Source: a virus (lineage: Duplodnaviria > Caudoviricetes). From it: 47,847 nucleotides of DNA. The stretch covers positions 1 to 47,847 of IMG/VR virus record IMGVR_UViG_3300043596_000006. One strand, written 5' to 3'. Of this stretch, positions 36,402-43,909 are shown one piece after another. Both the position numbers and the translations under genes were made by a program. The notes under the pieces are model-generated. The model saw only the letters and a list, made by a program, of their open reading frames with translations, was not told the DNA's origin and ran no database searches. Position 1 is the first letter of the stretch. Each line of letters opens with the position of its first letter.

Positions 36402-37424
36402 ATGACCGACGATGAGATCATCGGCGAGCTCGTGGGCAAATACTACACTATGGACGCCGCGACGGAGAAGCTCCTGTTCCAGGGCAAGGAGCTCCAGAAC
36501 GGCATGACCTGCCTGGTGGCTCCGTCCACCTGGCGCCGGACCCTGGTTGAAAACCCGGGCGAGGAGGAGTTGGAGCTGATCCTGCAACGCAATCGCTGGT
36601 TCGTGGTCTCGCACCTGGAGGTCACCAATCTGTCGGTCGCGTTCATCGCGACGTACTCAGACGGCCACATGGTGAAGTGGGAGATGGTCAACAGCATCCC
36701 CTGGTACGTCAAGCTGGACTCGATCCCAGTCGAGCCGGAGCCGGCGTACCGAAGCGGTGTAATCGTCGGTCAGTACTCGGCTCGTGACAACATCGATGGA
36801 ACGACGTCGATCTACATCACGGAGCAGGACGGCGCCTTCACCGAGTTCATCGTCGGTGCGTTCTCTGGCCGTGACGTGGTGTCGCAGCTCCTCGACAAGA
36901 CGCTGCCTCCGGTCAACCTGAAGCACTTGTTTCAGGATACCAACAACCAGGCGAGGATTTCTCGTAACGATCCGGCGTGGGCGATTCAGAACCTGTCGAG
37001 GCGTCACAACCCCACTCCGCCGTCTGCAAAGGACTTCGGGTGGGCTGAGGATCCGGACGCGACACGTACCGACATCCCGGTCTACAAGGAGCCGGTGATC
37101 GAGGAAATCGATCCGGAGCACGAGACGCTGGTTCTTCCGTTGAAGGATCAGACTCGGTGTACGTCGACCATGAACGGTCTCGTGGATCCTCGGATCGTGC
37201 GTCGGTGCGCCAAGGATTTGGGTCACGTTGAGCAGGGCGACCTTGACCACATGTCTAAGAACGGGGTTAAGTGGACTGAGAATCCTCAGCCAGTCGTGAA
37301 ATGCGGCTTCACTTGGAATAACACCGCTCTAGGTGGGGTCGAGCGAATCTATATCTGCGCCGATCCTGCCGGTCACAAGAGCCCGCTCCACGTGGACGCG
37401 ACCGGAAGCCAGTACCACGAATAA
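36402..37424 (+). CDS. Hypothetical multi-domain protein with two C-terminal Cys/His motifs
   Basis: AAGGAG RBS; two C...C....GH...H repeats. Confidence 0.85.
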   Translation: MTDDEIIGELVGKYYTMDAATEKLLFQGKELQNGMTCLVAPSTWRRTLVENPGEEELELILQRNRWFVVSHLEVTNLSVAFIATYSDGHMVKWEMVNSIPWYVKLDSIPVEPEPAYRSGVIVGQYSARDNIDGTTSIYITEQDGAFTEFIVGAFSGRDVVSQLLDKTLPPVNLKHLFQDTNNQARISRNDPAWAIQNLSRRHNPTPPSAKDFGWAEDPDATRTDIPVYKEPVIEEIDPEHETLVLPLKDQTRCTSTMNGLVDPRIVRRCAKDLGHVEQGDLDHMSKNGVKWTENPQPVVKCGFTWNNTALGGVERIYICADPAGHKSPLHVDATGSQYHE

Positions 37425-37435
37425 GGAGCTATCGT

Positions 37436-37588
37436 ATGTATTGGTGGGAACAAATCGCAATCTATATGGCGATAGGAGCTATCGTCGCAGAGATCGGTAA
37501 GAGACTCAAGATCAGCATTTTCTCGATACTGGTAATAGCTATGGCTATCTGTGTTATTGCCAATCAGACGTTCAACATCTCCGGGTAA
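37436..37588 (+). CDS. Small 2-TM protein, 50 aa (absent from the ORF track)
   Basis: AAGGAG RBS; MYWWEQIAIYMAIGAIVAEIGKRLKISIFSILVIAMAICVIANQTFNISG. Confidence 0.7.
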   Translation: MYWWEQIAIYMAIGAIVAEIGKRLKISIFSILVIAMAICVIANQTFNISG

Positions 37589-37598
37589 GGACTTAGCC

Positions 37599-37793
37599 AT
37601 GAAAGCTGCACTTGCTCAAGCGCGTCGGTACGGAGCGCAGCGCCGTGACCTCGAAGACCGCGGCTTGGAGGAGGACTATCAGCGCGTGCACAAGGCGTGG
37701 CGTGTCTTCTGGAAGCAGTTCAACAGTGATCTCGTCACTTATGCGGACTACAGCAAGTTGATCGATGCGTTCTACGAAGGCTATCTGGCCTGA
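37599..37793 (+). CDS. Hypothetical protein, 64 aa
   Basis: AAGGA RBS; ends AFYEGY. Confidence 0.75.
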   Translation: MKAALAQARRYGAQRRDLEDRGLEEDYQRVHKAWRVFWKQFNSDLVTYADYSKLIDAFYEGYLA

Positions 37794-37920
37794 CGATTGC
37801 GGATTGGACATGGGTGCTTGAATCACTCGTGTCCTTCCCGGAAGCGTCCCAGCCCCACTTATCTGAGGAGAACGTCATGTACGGTAAGGCCACCATGCTT
37901 CAGGTCCCTGGCCAGGCGTA

Positions 37921-38028
37921 ATGCAAGACTATCTACATCATCACATCTGGTCGATCTTCTGGTTGGCCTTCGCGGTGGTTGTGATAGGCCTCGTCTATTA
38001 CGGCGGAGGGAGACGGCCTAAGGACTGA
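37921..38028 (+). CDS. Tiny TM peptide, 35 aa
   Basis: MQDYLHHHIWSIFWLAFAVVVIGLVYYGGGRRPKD; TAATG coupling to a 14-codon ORF at 37877. Confidence 0.55.
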   Translation: MQDYLHHHIWSIFWLAFAVVVIGLVYYGGGRRPKD

Positions 38029-38102
38029 TCCACTCATGTGAGGCATGGGGATACCACGGGCCCGTGCCTCGCCAGAGAGTATCAGCTCTCGTTCGAGAGA
38101 GG

Positions 38103-38180
38103 ATGATCATGTTATATGTTGGTCTCGCATCGGCACTCGTATGTGTCGTTCTGATCATCATCTTCCGTAATAAGGACTAA
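38103..38180 (+). CDS. Tiny TM peptide, 25 aa
   Basis: GAGAGG upstream; MIMLYVGLASALVCVVLIIIFRNKD. Confidence 0.55.
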   Translation: MIMLYVGLASALVCVVLIIIFRNKD

Positions 38181-38184
38181 CCTC

Positions 38185-38271
38185 ATGGAATGGTGGATGT
38201 GGGTAATCATCATCGGCCTGTGTCTTGTTTGTATATTGGGCATAGGTGGTAGCCAAGGTCCTGAGGACTGA
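38185..38271 (+). CDS. Tiny TM peptide, 28 aa
   Basis: AAGGA RBS; MEWWMWVIIIGLCLVCILGIGGSQGPED. Confidence 0.55.
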   Translation: MEWWMWVIIIGLCLVCILGIGGSQGPED

Positions 38272-38357
38272 CGGTTGCGGTTTGTGGACGTGGGGAAGCA
38301 CGTCTGCATTCCGGAGTTGTCAAGAGACTTCTCTGCGCAGATAGGTAAGGGAGCAAC

Positions 38358-38822
38358 ATGCGTACTAAGATTGTCGCGTTCCTTGCGGCCATCGCCCTCA
38401 TCGTGGTCGGGTTCGCCCCGGCTGCGAATGCGGACGGCCTCGGGCCGGCTCAGCCGAACACCGGATGTGTCAACCAGGCACTAGGTGGAGCGGTCGAGAA
38501 CATCTGGCTGAACGGCGAGCAGGAATACGCGTCGCGCTGGGTTATCAGCAACCACGCGTGTGCCGGTACTCAGCTCGGGATGATCTACGAGTCGAACCTC
38601 GGTGGGGGCTATTGCCAGAATGGCAACCCCATCTACGTCCGGATCCAGTTCTTAAATGGAGTTCTTGGTGGTGAGACTGCCACGGCTTGTGGTGGGACTT
38701 GGATCCAGATCGGCTCTGAGAAGGACGTCAACGGTCCGATGTTCAGGGTTCTTGCGCGCATCGTCGGCTACCCGCAGGTAGTGGGATCGGCTCAGTACGG
38801 ATACGGAACCGTCCGGAGCTAG
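38358..38822 (+). CDS. Secreted protein with signal peptide
   Basis: MRTKIVAFLAAIALIVVGFAPAANA signal peptide (AxA cleavage); four Cys; AAGGGAG RBS. Confidence 0.85.
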   Translation: MRTKIVAFLAAIALIVVGFAPAANADGLGPAQPNTGCVNQALGGAVENIWLNGEQEYASRWVISNHACAGTQLGMIYESNLGGGYCQNGNPIYVRIQFLNGVLGGETATACGGTWIQIGSEKDVNGPMFRVLARIVGYPQVVGSAQYGYGTVRS

Positions 38823-38845
38823 GGGTCTCGTAAGAAAGTGCGTTA

Positions 38846-38887
38846 GGGGCGATCTGAGGGGCCTTAACGGGTGTCTCAGGTCGCCCC
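38846..38887 (+). terminator. Stem-loop after the secreted protein gene
   Basis: GGGGCGATCTGAG/CTCAGGTCGCCCC. Confidence 0.55.
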
Positions 38888-38923
38888 GACTCGGGTTATG
38901 TATTTGACTTGTAGGGAGGTCTG

Positions 38924-39091
38924 ATGTACCAGCACGACACGATCGAGATCCGTTGCGAGGACTACGAGGATGGTGGGTGCTCAGGACCTCCGACATTAGG
39001 GCCGTGTCCCTACTGCGAGGACATCAATCACAAGACTATCCTCGTGTGGCTCTGCAAGGCACACCAACACGAGAGGAGTATGGACATATGA
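38924..39091 (+). CDS. Cys-rich hypothetical protein, 55 aa (absent from the ORF track)
   Basis: GGGAGGT RBS; C...C...CPYC...C..H; ATGA coupling. Confidence 0.7.
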   Translation: MYQHDTIEIRCEDYEDGGCSGPPTLGPCPYCEDINHKTILVWLCKAHQHERSMDI

Positions 39092-39294
39092 GATTGTGGA
39101 AATGGCTGTGGAAGGCGCAGTTGTTGCCTTGGAACAGATGTCGGGCGGCTCTTGAAAAGAAGGGTGACTCGGCGTACTACGGACAGTGCGATCGTCCTCG
39201 CAATCATCCAGGGTGGCATGCCTTGGAGCGGGGATTCGACATCGTGTGGTTCTCGACTCGACTGATCGACATGAATAATGAATGGAGTGACTGA
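39088..39294 (+). CDS. Hypothetical protein with Cys/His motif
   Basis: GAGGAG RBS; C...CDRPRNHPGWH. Confidence 0.7.
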   Translation: MRLWKWLWKAQLLPWNRCRAALEKKGDSAYYGQCDRPRNHPGWHALERGFDIVWFSTRLIDMNNEWSD

Positions 39295-39539
39295 TGGAAG
39301 TACCAATCAAGTTCATGGTGGAGCGCTTGGCTAAGCTCCCCAATCACGCATTCATCATCTCTGACGGCTCCAAGGTCTACGCCGCGGTTAAGGGTGAACT
39401 GGTAATCTTCACTGGTCAGCCTGGCGAGTTCAATGCCATGACCGAGTATGAGATTGGCGCATTCATCCGAGCGAACTGGGACAAACAGGGCACTGCTGTT
39501 GCGCCTAGTGACACTCCCGACTTCGGAGGCGCCCGGTGA
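39294..39539 (+). CDS. Hypothetical protein
   Basis: TGATG coupling; GGAG RBS. Confidence 0.7.
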   Translation: MEVPIKFMVERLAKLPNHAFIISDGSKVYAAVKGELVIFTGQPGEFNAMTEYEIGAFIRANWDKQGTAVAPSDTPDFGGAR

Positions 39540-39853
39540 AGAGAATTCCTGATCGAATTCGCGAAGAAGATCGGCAATGCTATAGCTTTAACCAATTCGC
39601 AGATATTGGATTTCTGCACTACATCAACACGGAGCTCCTCGGTCCGCTCGGATACGCCCTTTGTCTGGACTATGCGGATGGGTACGAGGAGCCTACTGGG
39701 TGGTCTCTGCATGGTTTCGAGGGGCCGATCGAGGTTGACGTAGACGAGAAAACTAAGAAGAAGTACAGGGGCACCATGCGCCTTCTGTTCGCTATGGCCA
39801 AAGACCATGGTCGAATGCCCTTGGAGGAGCACACAGAGTCCAACCTCGCGTAG
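39536..39853 (+). CDS. Hypothetical protein
   Basis: GGAGG RBS; G.L.YIN...L.PLGYAL. Confidence 0.75.
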   Translation: MKRIPDRIREEDRQCYSFNQFADIGFLHYINTELLGPLGYALCLDYADGYEEPTGWSLHGFEGPIEVDVDEKTKKKYRGTMRLLFAMAKDHGRMPLEEHTESNLA

Positions 39854-39874
39854 GGAACACGGGCTATAATGAGA
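39846..39874 (+). promoter_or_regulatory. Promoter-like motif, copy 7
   Basis: TCGCGTAGGGAACACGGGCTATAATGAGA; shares CTATAATGAGACCCCTACGAAAGGA (25 nt) with copy 3. Confidence 0.85.
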
Positions 39875-39894
39875 CCCCTACGAAAGGACCTACC

Positions 39895-40107
39895 ATGCTC
39901 GCTTACAAAGTGACCGAAGAGAACCTCCCGTACATCGCCGCTAATAACGATGGTGTCAGGCCGCCGATCGAGAACGAAGAAACCTTCTTCATTTCCGACC
40001 CCGACGTTCCTGACCGCATCATTACCAAGGCTGTGTTCGAGAAGGAGTACCGAATCCGGATCGCTATCAACGAGATCGGCGGGCGTTACGCCGTAGACAA
40101 GAACTAA
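39895..40107 (+). CDS. Cassette protein, 70 aa
   Basis: AAAGGA RBS; flanked by motif copy 7 and a terminator. Confidence 0.8.
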   Translation: MLAYKVTEENLPYIAANNDGVRPPIENEETFFISDPDVPDRIITKAVFEKEYRIRIAINEIGGRYAVDKN

Positions 40108-40113
40108 CTCAAA

Positions 40114-40150
40114 GAACGGAATCCCACTAAACACGGGGTTTCGTTTTTCT
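40114..40150 (+). terminator. Intrinsic terminator
   Basis: GAACGGAATCCC/GGGGTTTCGTTT stem followed by TTCT. Confidence 0.65.
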
Positions 40151-40166
40151 CTTGAAGGGACAAGAA

Positions 40167-40397
40167 ATGGGGTTTGGATTCGTGCCTGAAGAAGATAGCG
40201 TCAATCATCCCTCGCATTACACTGCCTACAAGGACATTGAGGTGATCGACTTGACGGAACAAATGAACTTTAATCGGGGCAATGCGGTTAAGTACATTGC
40301 TCGGGCTGGTTTGAAGAGTAAGAACACTGAGGTCGAGGACCTGAAGAAGGCCGCTTGGTACATCAATCGGGAGATCCAGAGACTGGAGGAGAGCTAA
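40167..40397 (+). CDS. DUF3310-like protein
   Basis: DSVNHPSHY, FNRGNAVKYI.RAG.K and EDLKKAAWY. Confidence 0.85.
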   Translation: MGFGFVPEEDSVNHPSHYTAYKDIEVIDLTEQMNFNRGNAVKYIARAGLKSKNTEVEDLKKAAWYINREIQRLEES

Positions 40398-40603
40398 TGG
40401 AAAACACGTGGGCTACTCGTGACCCTGAGACGGGTAGGCATCATAGAAATCTGCACGTGATAGAGCTGCAAGGAGTCGACTGGGTGTGCGTCATTTGTAA
40501 GCACAAATTTGATGCCGCGGTAGATGCAGACTTGTTTCCTTGTGGTGAGAGCTGCAAGGGAAAGCATCATGGGGAGACCGTGAGTATTCTGGAGGAGAGC
40601 TGA
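40397..40603 (+). CDS. Zinc-ribbon-like small protein
   Basis: GGAGGA RBS; H...CVIC...C...C. Confidence 0.7.
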   Translation: MENTWATRDPETGRHHRNLHVIELQGVDWVCVICKHKFDAAVDADLFPCGESCKGKHHGETVSILEES

Positions 40604-40761
40604 TGGATAATATCGTGAAAGAATTCAGTAAGCTGATCTTCTGTCCCGTATGTCATAGAGAGCTGAGGGGATCGACCTCCACGGTGCGTATACCATGGCG
40701 CGTGTGTCTATACCACGGTCGATTCGACATTCAGGGCGACAAGATCGTCTGGACACCTTAG
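40603..40761 (+). CDS. Zinc-ribbon-like small protein, 52 aa (absent from the ORF track)
   Basis: GGAGGA RBS and TGATG coupling; CPVC...CLYHG. Confidence 0.7.
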   Translation: MDNIVKEFSKLIFCPVCHRELRGSTSTVRIPWRVCLYHGRFDIQGDKIVWTP

Positions 40762-40770
40762 GAGGACCCG

Positions 40771-40953
40771 ATGGATTTACCAGAGAACGTGAGCATTGGC
40801 GAAGGCCTTGACGCCTTGATGGGGGCGATGAAGCAGCCGCCTGGTCCCAATCATGGCCACGTCTACGTATGGGAGTGGAGAACGTTGACCTATTACTGTG
40901 TAAAGGACGGTTGTGACGACGTTCGTGACTGGAACAACAATAAGGTGGGGTGA
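40771..40953 (+). CDS. Hypothetical protein
   Basis: AGGAGG RBS; H.H.Y...C....C. Confidence 0.7.
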   Translation: MDLPENVSIGEGLDALMGAMKQPPGPNHGHVYVWEWRTLTYYCVKDGCDDVRDWNNNKVG

Positions 40954-41174
40954 TGGAGACTACTAACGTTTTCGATGCGTGGAATGATAGAGAGACCGAG
41001 GTGGGGCATCTTGAAGTAGTTAGACTGGGCGACGATATGAAGAAGTGGTTGTTTGTCGTCGAGGATTCATATAATACCACTCAGATCACCTTGGATAGGA
41101 AACAGCTTAAAGATCTGATTGAAGCCTTGGAGAACGAGCGTTACTCATCGGATAGGAAGAACGGGGGTAAGTAA
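40950..41174 (+). CDS. Hypothetical protein
   Basis: GTGA coupling upstream and TAATG coupling to the helicase. Confidence 0.7.
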   Translation: MMETTNVFDAWNDRETEVGHLEVVRLGDDMKKWLFVVEDSYNTTQITLDRKQLKDLIEALENERYSSDRKNGGK

Positions 41175-42703
41175 TGCCCAAGGTCGAGCTCCACCCACAC
41201 CAGGAGAAGGCTGTAGGGGAGATGCACAACGGTTGCATCCTCGCGGGTGGAACCGGCTCGGGTAAGTCGATCACGGCTTGCGCATACTACATGAAGCAGG
41301 AGGCAGATGCAGATGTCTACGTCATCACGACGGCGAAGAAGCGGGACTCCCTCGACTGGGAGGAAGAGTTCTCCCACTTCGGAGTTGGTTACGCGCTGGA
41401 CGGAACTCTTGCCGGACGACTCACTGTCGACTCGTGGCAGAATATTGGTAAGTATCGGGACGTCGTTGGGGCATTCTTCATCTTTGACGAACAGAGGCTC
41501 GTTGGCTCTGGTGAATGGTCGAATGTATTCCTTAAGATCGCCAAGAAGAACCGTTGGATTCTACTCAGTGCCACGCCGGGAGATAATTGGCTCGATTACA
41601 TCCCGGTATTTGTCGCCAACGGCTTCTACAAGAACCGTACTGAGTTCAAGCGAGAGCACGTCATTTACAACAACTACAGCCGCTTTCCGAAAGTTGAGCG
41701 ATATGTGGGAGTCAGTCGACTGGTCAAGCAGAGGAACGACCTCCTTGTGGAAATGCCGTACCTAAAGCATACCACTCGCCTGACTGTCGAGATCCCTGTC
41801 CAGCATGACAAACAACTCTTTGAGAAGGTGGTGAAGGACCGATGGCATGTCTACGAACACAGACCCCTGAGGGACGTCTCAGAGCTATTCAGTGTTATGA
41901 GGAAGGTTGTAAACTCAGCACCTTCCCGGCTGGAGGCTTGCACCGAACTATTGCAGAAACATTCGAAAGTGATTGTCTTCTACAACTTCGACTACGAGCT
42001 GGAATTGCTGAGGAACTTGAAATTCCCGTCGAATTCCTTGGAGAACCAGCGTTACTCGACGGAGAAGTCAGTCAGCAAATGCGACAGTTCTTCATTGACA
42101 ACCCACCCAAGCGCTGGGATGGATTCCTCGACGAACCCCAAGGATGGCTTGCTTCAGACATCCAAGTCACCGAACTCGACGAAAGAGAATAGTTCATGTC
42201 CAATCCACTCACTTGTTGGCACAACATCATCTATGCCGGATACCACACCGACACGTTCGAACAATACCTTGCCTGTATCTCGTGTAAAACCCGTGTCACG
42301 GCGGAGTGGGCTCGGAAGCGCGGCAGGTGGGAGTTCGAGTTCAAAACTCAGGTGTGGGTGCACCTTCCAAATAGCAGAGTGGAACGGTCACAAGCACGAG
42401 CCAATTCCAAACACTGATCGTTGGTTGTACTTGGTTCAGTATGCGGCCGGCAGTGAAGGATGGAACTGTGTAGAGACAGATACGACTCTGTTCTACTCGT
42501 TGAACTACTCATACAAAATGTGGCATCAGGCGCATGGTAGGACAGATCGGTTGAATACTCTGTATACTGTGCTAAATTACTACGTCTTGATGAGTAATTC
42601 TCTGATCGACAAAGCGATTAAGAAAGCTCTGGATGCCAAAAGGAGCTTCAATGAGAGCAAGTTTTCACAGACTTCTCATAGCAAATTCACAGGGAAGGTG
42701 TAA
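41174..42703 (+). CDS. SF2 DNA helicase with a roughly 115-aa Ser/Thr-rich insertion
   Basis: Q motif LHPHQ, GGTGSGKS, FIFDEQR, LLSATPG, SEGWN, QAHGRTDR. Confidence 0.9.
   Translation: MPKVELHPHQEKAVGEMHNGCILAGGTGSGKSITACAYYMKQEADADVYVITTAKKRDSLDWEEEFSHFGVGYALDGTLAGRLTVDSWQNIGKYRDVVGAFFIFDEQRLVGSGEWSNVFLKIAKKNRWILLSATPGDNWLDYIPVFVANGFYKNRTEFKREHVIYNNYSRFPKVERYVGVSRLVKQRNDLLVEMPYLKHTTRLTVEIPVQHDKQLFEKVVKDRWHVYEHRPLRDVSELFSVMRKVVNSAPSRLEACTELLQKHSKVIVFYNFDYELELLRNLKFPSNSLENQRYSTEKSVSKCDSSSLTTHPSAGMDSSTNPKDGLLQTSKSPNSTKENSSCPIHSLVGTTSSMPDTTPTRSNNTLPVSRVKPVSRRSGLGSAAGGSSSSKLRCGCTFQIAEWNGHKHEPIPNTDRWLYLVQYAAGSEGWNCVETDTTLFYSLNYSYKMWHQAHGRTDRLNTLYTVLNYYVLMSNSLIDKAIKKALDAKRSFNESKFSQTSHSKFTGKV
42079..42192 (+). 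CDS. Nested out-of-frame ORF A inside the helicase insertion
   Basis: MRQFFIDNPPKRWDGFLDEPQGWLASDIQVTELDERE; phage-like codon usage; GGAG upstream, start uncertain. Confidence 0.45.
   Translation: MRQFFIDNPPKRWDGFLDEPQGWLASDIQVTELDERE
42196..42417 (+). CDS. Nested out-of-frame ORF B inside the helicase insertion (zinc-ribbon-like)
   Basis: C.H...CISC motif; begins 3 nt after the ORF A stop, same frame. Confidence 0.5.
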   Translation: MSNPLTCWHNIIYAGYHTDTFEQYLACISCKTRVTAEWARKRGRWEFEFKTQVWVHLPNSRVERSQARANSKH

Positions 42704-43040
42704 GCAACTTTTTTACGCAAGATCAACTTCTACCTAAATTATATGGGTAAAGGGTAGCAATGGTAGCCTAACCCGTCCAGACTATGACAAATCGGTCATG
42801 ATGTGTCCGTTTTGTTCCCTCGAAAAAAGTGCACTACACTTTCAGAAAATTATGTCCTAATTTGTCATAGGGCAATCGACGAAAAACATAAAAAACAGCA
42901 AAAGACTTTCTTCTGGTTAACAACTTATTATCTAGAAACTGACCGAAAGTATGAGTTTCTAGATAGTAAGTTTAGAAATTCAAAAGTTTTTGGAAATATT
43001 TTTGTGTTTTCCTACTATGCATACAAAACGGACAGGAGCC
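42704..43040. other. AT-rich non-coding region, candidate replication origin
   Basis: Sharp GC drop; inverted repeats 42782-92/42860-70, 42804-15/43023-34 and 42922-40/42954-72. Confidence 0.6.
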
Positions 43041-43043
43041 AAA

Positions 43044-43559
43044 ATGAACCAGGATTGGTTATATATCACTGAGTTCCCTGACTATCTCGTCCATACAAGC
43101 GGTCAAGTTTACAACATGCGTAGATCTCGTATAGTAACCCCCACTCCAGTCCAAGATGGAACCTTGACTGTATGTCTCATGCGAGGAGGGAGACAACTAC
43201 GTCTGACCCTTGCTCGTTTGATCGCGGCGCATTTCCTTCCTGAACCAGCCAGAGATGATTTCAACACTATCATATATTTGGATGGGAACAAAGAGCATTG
43301 TGATTCTTCCAATTTGATGTGGCGTCCTAGGTGGTTTGCGGTCGAGTACCACAGAGAGCAACGTATGCCGCCACACCCCAACTTCCGTGGTATTCTGACA
43401 CTCAACGAGACAGGCGAGAAGTTCGAATCTTTGGTGGATTGCGCAAGGAAGTACGGCTTGCTCCAAAGGAACATCGTTCTTTCAACTCTAAAACATCCGC
43501 CAGGAAACATCGTAAGGGTCTGGCCAACAGAATTCACCTTCAGTATTAAATCTAGATAA
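43044..43559 (+). CDS. NUMOD4/HNH-like protein, degenerate active site
   Basis: W..I.EFPDYLV...GQV (NUMOD4), LARLIA.HF, YLDGNKEHCDSSNL.W; AGGAG RBS. Confidence 0.75.
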   Translation: MNQDWLYITEFPDYLVHTSGQVYNMRRSRIVTPTPVQDGTLTVCLMRGGRQLRLTLARLIAAHFLPEPARDDFNTIIYLDGNKEHCDSSNLMWRPRWFAVEYHREQRMPPHPNFRGILTLNETGEKFESLVDCARKYGLLQRNIVLSTLKHPPGNIVRVWPTEFTFSIKSR

Positions 43560-43563
43560 AATC

Positions 43564-43592
43564 GCGCAGAAAAAACGCGGGATATAATAGAA
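43564..43592 (+). promoter_or_regulatory. Promoter-like motif, degenerate copy 8
   Basis: GCGCAGAAAAAACGCGGGATATAATAGAA keeps the CGCR / AC / TATAAT spacing. Confidence 0.6.
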
Positions 43593-43609
43593 GGGATAGG
43601 ATGTGCCTT

Positions 43610-43909
43610 ATGGTTTCCAGAGAAGGGCCGTATAAAACGCGTTTGAAGCACCGAATCGAGGGAGAACTCCCTGGTAGTGTGATTGTCAAACTCGACGCGG
43701 CTGATCTACAAGGCATCCCTGATCTACTCGTCCTCTTTGGTGAAAGATGGGGTAGTCTAGAAGTCAAGTTCAGCTTGCGAGCTCGCATTCAACCTAATCA
43801 ACCCTATTGGGTTGAACGTTTGAATGCCATGTCGTTCGCAGCCTTCATCTGCCCCGAGACCGAAGAGGAGGTTCTCCATGAACTTTACGCGGCGCTCCAG
43901 CCTCGTTGA
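43610..43909 (+). CDS. VRR-NUC domain nuclease
   Basis: QGIPDLLVL...LEVK...QPNQ..W. Confidence 0.85.
   Translation: MVSREGPYKTRLKHRIEGELPGSVIVKLDAADLQGIPDLLVLFGERWGSLEVKFSLRARIQPNQPYWVERLNAMSFAAFICPETEEEVLHELYAALQPR

Noticed and set aside
42020-42365. Helicase insertion as an intein
   Set aside because: No N-terminal C/S block, no C-terminal HN followed by C/S/T, no LAGLIDADG motifs
42803-43072. 89-aa ORF in the AT-rich region
   Set aside because: Atypical composition, no RBS, overlaps inverted repeats; more likely non-coding
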